From assembly GCA_026392355.1 (NCBI GenBank), contig JAPLCF010000036.1:129054-193053 (forward strand): a stretch of 64,000 nucleotides of DNA, given 5' to 3'. Positions 62,725-64,000 of this stretch are shown piece by piece (the stretch's first letter is position 1; each line of letters begins with the position of its first letter). The DNA is from Actinomycetota bacterium (GTDB taxonomy: Bacteria > Actinomycetota > Thermoleophilia > Gaiellales > F1-60-MAGs149). Below the pieces are notes generated by a model. That model did no database searches and was not told where the DNA came from. It worked only from the letters and a program-made list of their open reading frames with translations. The position numbers were made by a program, and so were the translations under genes.

Positions 62725-63420
62725 ATGAGCGAACTGCAGGAGATGCTCGACAAGATCTTCGCGGAGGACAGCGAGCTGTATCAGCAGCGCGGCTTCCAGC
62801 GGCGCATCGGCTTCGGCACGCGCCCCGCGATTCTCAACATCGATCTCGCCAACGCGTGGACGCACCCCGGCAACAAGTTCACGTGCGATCACATGGACAC
62901 GATCATCCCGGCCACCGAGCGCCTGCTCGAGGCGGCCCGCGCCAAGAACGTCCCCGTCGTGCACACCACCACCGCGTACAAGAAGACGACGCGCGGCGAG
63001 TGGAGCGACATGGGCCTCTGGCACAACAAGATCCCCGTCGATGTTCTCGAAGAGGGCTCGTGGGAGGCCGCGATCGACGAGCGCCTGCTGCGCGATGAGG
63101 ACCTCGTGATCTGCAAAAAGCGCGCCAGCGGCTTCCACGGCACGTACATGCAGGGCTTTCTGTCGGCGCACCGCGTCGACACGGTGATCGTGACCGGCGT
63201 GACGATGGCCGGCTGCGTCCGCCACACGGTCGAGGACGCCATCGCGTATGGCTTCCGCCCGATCGTCCCCCGCGAGTGCGTCGGCGACCGCGTGGCCGGC
63301 GTCGTGGAATGGAACCTGTTCGACATCGATGCCAAGTTCGGCGACGTCATGGGCGTCGACGAGGTCATCACGTACCTCAACGGCATCGAGCCGTTCGACG
63401 GCAACACCGTCGTCGCGTAA
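62725..63420 (+). CDS. Isochorismatase-family cysteine hydrolase (N-carbamoylsarcosine amidase-like)
   Basis: Candidate D-K-C triad context: ILNIDLANAW, ICKKRASGF and VTGVTMAGCVRHT. 231 aa. Confidence 0.7.
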   Translation: MSELQEMLDKIFAEDSELYQQRGFQRRIGFGTRPAILNIDLANAWTHPGNKFTCDHMDTIIPATERLLEAARAKNVPVVHTTTAYKKTTRGEWSDMGLWHNKIPVDVLEEGSWEAAIDERLLRDEDLVICKKRASGFHGTYMQGFLSAHRVDTVIVTGVTMAGCVRHTVEDAIAYGFRPIVPRECVGDRVAGVVEWNLFDIDAKFGDVMGVDEVITYLNGIEPFDGNTVVA

Positions 63421-63426
63421 CGCTTC

Positions 63427-63472
63427 GGCGTCCAGGTCCGGCAGCACGTCCCAGCTGCCGGACCTGGACGCC
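63427..63472 (+). terminator. Rho-independent terminator-like hairpin (perfect 19-bp stem)
   Basis: GGCGTCCAGGTCCGGCAGC-acgtccca-GCTGCCGGACCTGGACGCC followed by GTTTACGTGTT. It lies 7 nt after the stop at 63420. Confidence 0.6.
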
Positions 63473-63523
63473 GTTTACGTGTTCTAGGGCAGGAGCCCGC
63501 CCACCTCGCAGCGAATGAGGGAG

Positions 63524-64000
63524 ATGATTGGGTTGACTGTGAATCGCCCGCCCGCCCTCATCCTCGTCGTCGCCCTCGCGCTCACCGCAGCGCTGCTAGC
63601 CGGCTGCGGCATGTCTTCGCTGAAGGACAGCGAGACCGCGACCGAGGCCAAGGCGGCCGACGCCGCCGTCGCGGCGGAGCGTACCGCTGAGCCGACGAGC
63701 TCGGAAGAGGCCCTACCCGTCAGCGCCGACGCAACGATGGAAGAAACGCCCGCTGCCGACAACACCGGCGCCTGGAACGTCATCCAGAGCGGTGCCCAGA
63801 CCTTCGCCGGCCGCCTCGACCAGGCCAACCAGAGCGTCGCGTCGTGCCAGACCGACGCCGCCGCGGGTGCCGACTTCGATGCCTGCGTCGGTAAGGCGTA
63901 CACGGCAATCGCCGATGCAGCCACCGAGCTCGTCGGCACCGTCGACCAGGCGCTGACCACGACCGACGGCCAGTGTCGCGATGCGTTGGCCACGCTGCGT
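63524..64000 (+). CDS. Putative lipoprotein; C-terminus beyond the window edge
   Basis: Absent from the track because there is no stop in the window. Manual translation gives MIGLTVNRPPALILVVALALTAALLAGCGMSS... with an LLAGC lipobox. The start could also be TTG 63533 or GTG 63539. The antisense ORF 63484..63993 is a shadow. Confidence 0.55.
   Translation, partial: MIGLTVNRPPALILVVALALTAALLAGCGMSSLKDSETATEAKAADAAVAAERTAEPTSSEEALPVSADATMEETPAADNTGAWNVIQSGAQTFAGRLDQANQSVASCQTDAAAGADFDACVGKAYTAIADAATELVGTVDQALTTTDGQCRDALATLR

Noticed and set aside
63484-63993. 169-aa minus-strand ORF at the right edge
   Set aside because: The + strand frame encodes a signal peptide with an LLAGC lipobox and stays open to the window end. 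The minus-strand ORF is its shadow.

Overview
This is a very GC-rich, gene-dense chromosomal segment with Actinomycetota hallmarks: a fused fbiC, fgd, many GTG starts and frequent 4-nt ATGA/GTGA gene overlaps. I saw no rRNA, tRNA, CRISPR array, transposase or integrase. About 55 CDS are supportable, and most other ORF-track entries are antisense or out-of-frame shadows typical of high-GC DNA.

Contents from left to right:
1. A GntR-controlled flavoenzyme module (M29-like protein, HcnB/HcnC-like oxidase pair, DAO-type oxidase) with a shared 17-bp operator motif.
2. A coenzyme F420 island: a cofC-cofD-cofE-LLM-PPOX-LLM operon divergent from fgd-fbiC.
3. A PAP2 phosphatase, a decayed argG and three tandem EamA transporters.
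4. MaoC, TrpB2, thiolase, Nramp, a Rieske oxygenase coupled to a K+ channel, a DEAD-box helicase with a repetitive tail, and a Cys/Met PLP enzyme.
5. The standout feature: an 11-gene bacterial microcompartment (BMC) operon at 30062-40593 of the RMM / aminoacetone-utilisation type. It encodes BMC-H, BMC-P, two BMC-T-like shell proteins, an aldehyde dehydrogenase with a C-terminal encapsulation peptide, a class-III aminotransferase-fold enzyme, an APH-fold kinase, an SDR, a HutC regulator, a formamidase and an APC permease. It is preceded by a frameshifted flavin amine oxidase and candidate CAGACCA/TGGTCTG operators, and is interrupted by a MITE-like palindromic element.
6. Two paralogous FAD amine oxidases flanking mmuM.
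7. A leucine-catabolism (liu-like) cluster.
8. A BVMO, an amidohydrolase, a LuxR-type two-component system and a 5-aminolevulinate synthase.
9. A GntR-controlled fused hydantoinase A/B plus a cysteine hydrolase.

Start codons were placed by amino-acid counting in the supplied ORF track. Functional calls rest on recognised motifs, not on database searches.
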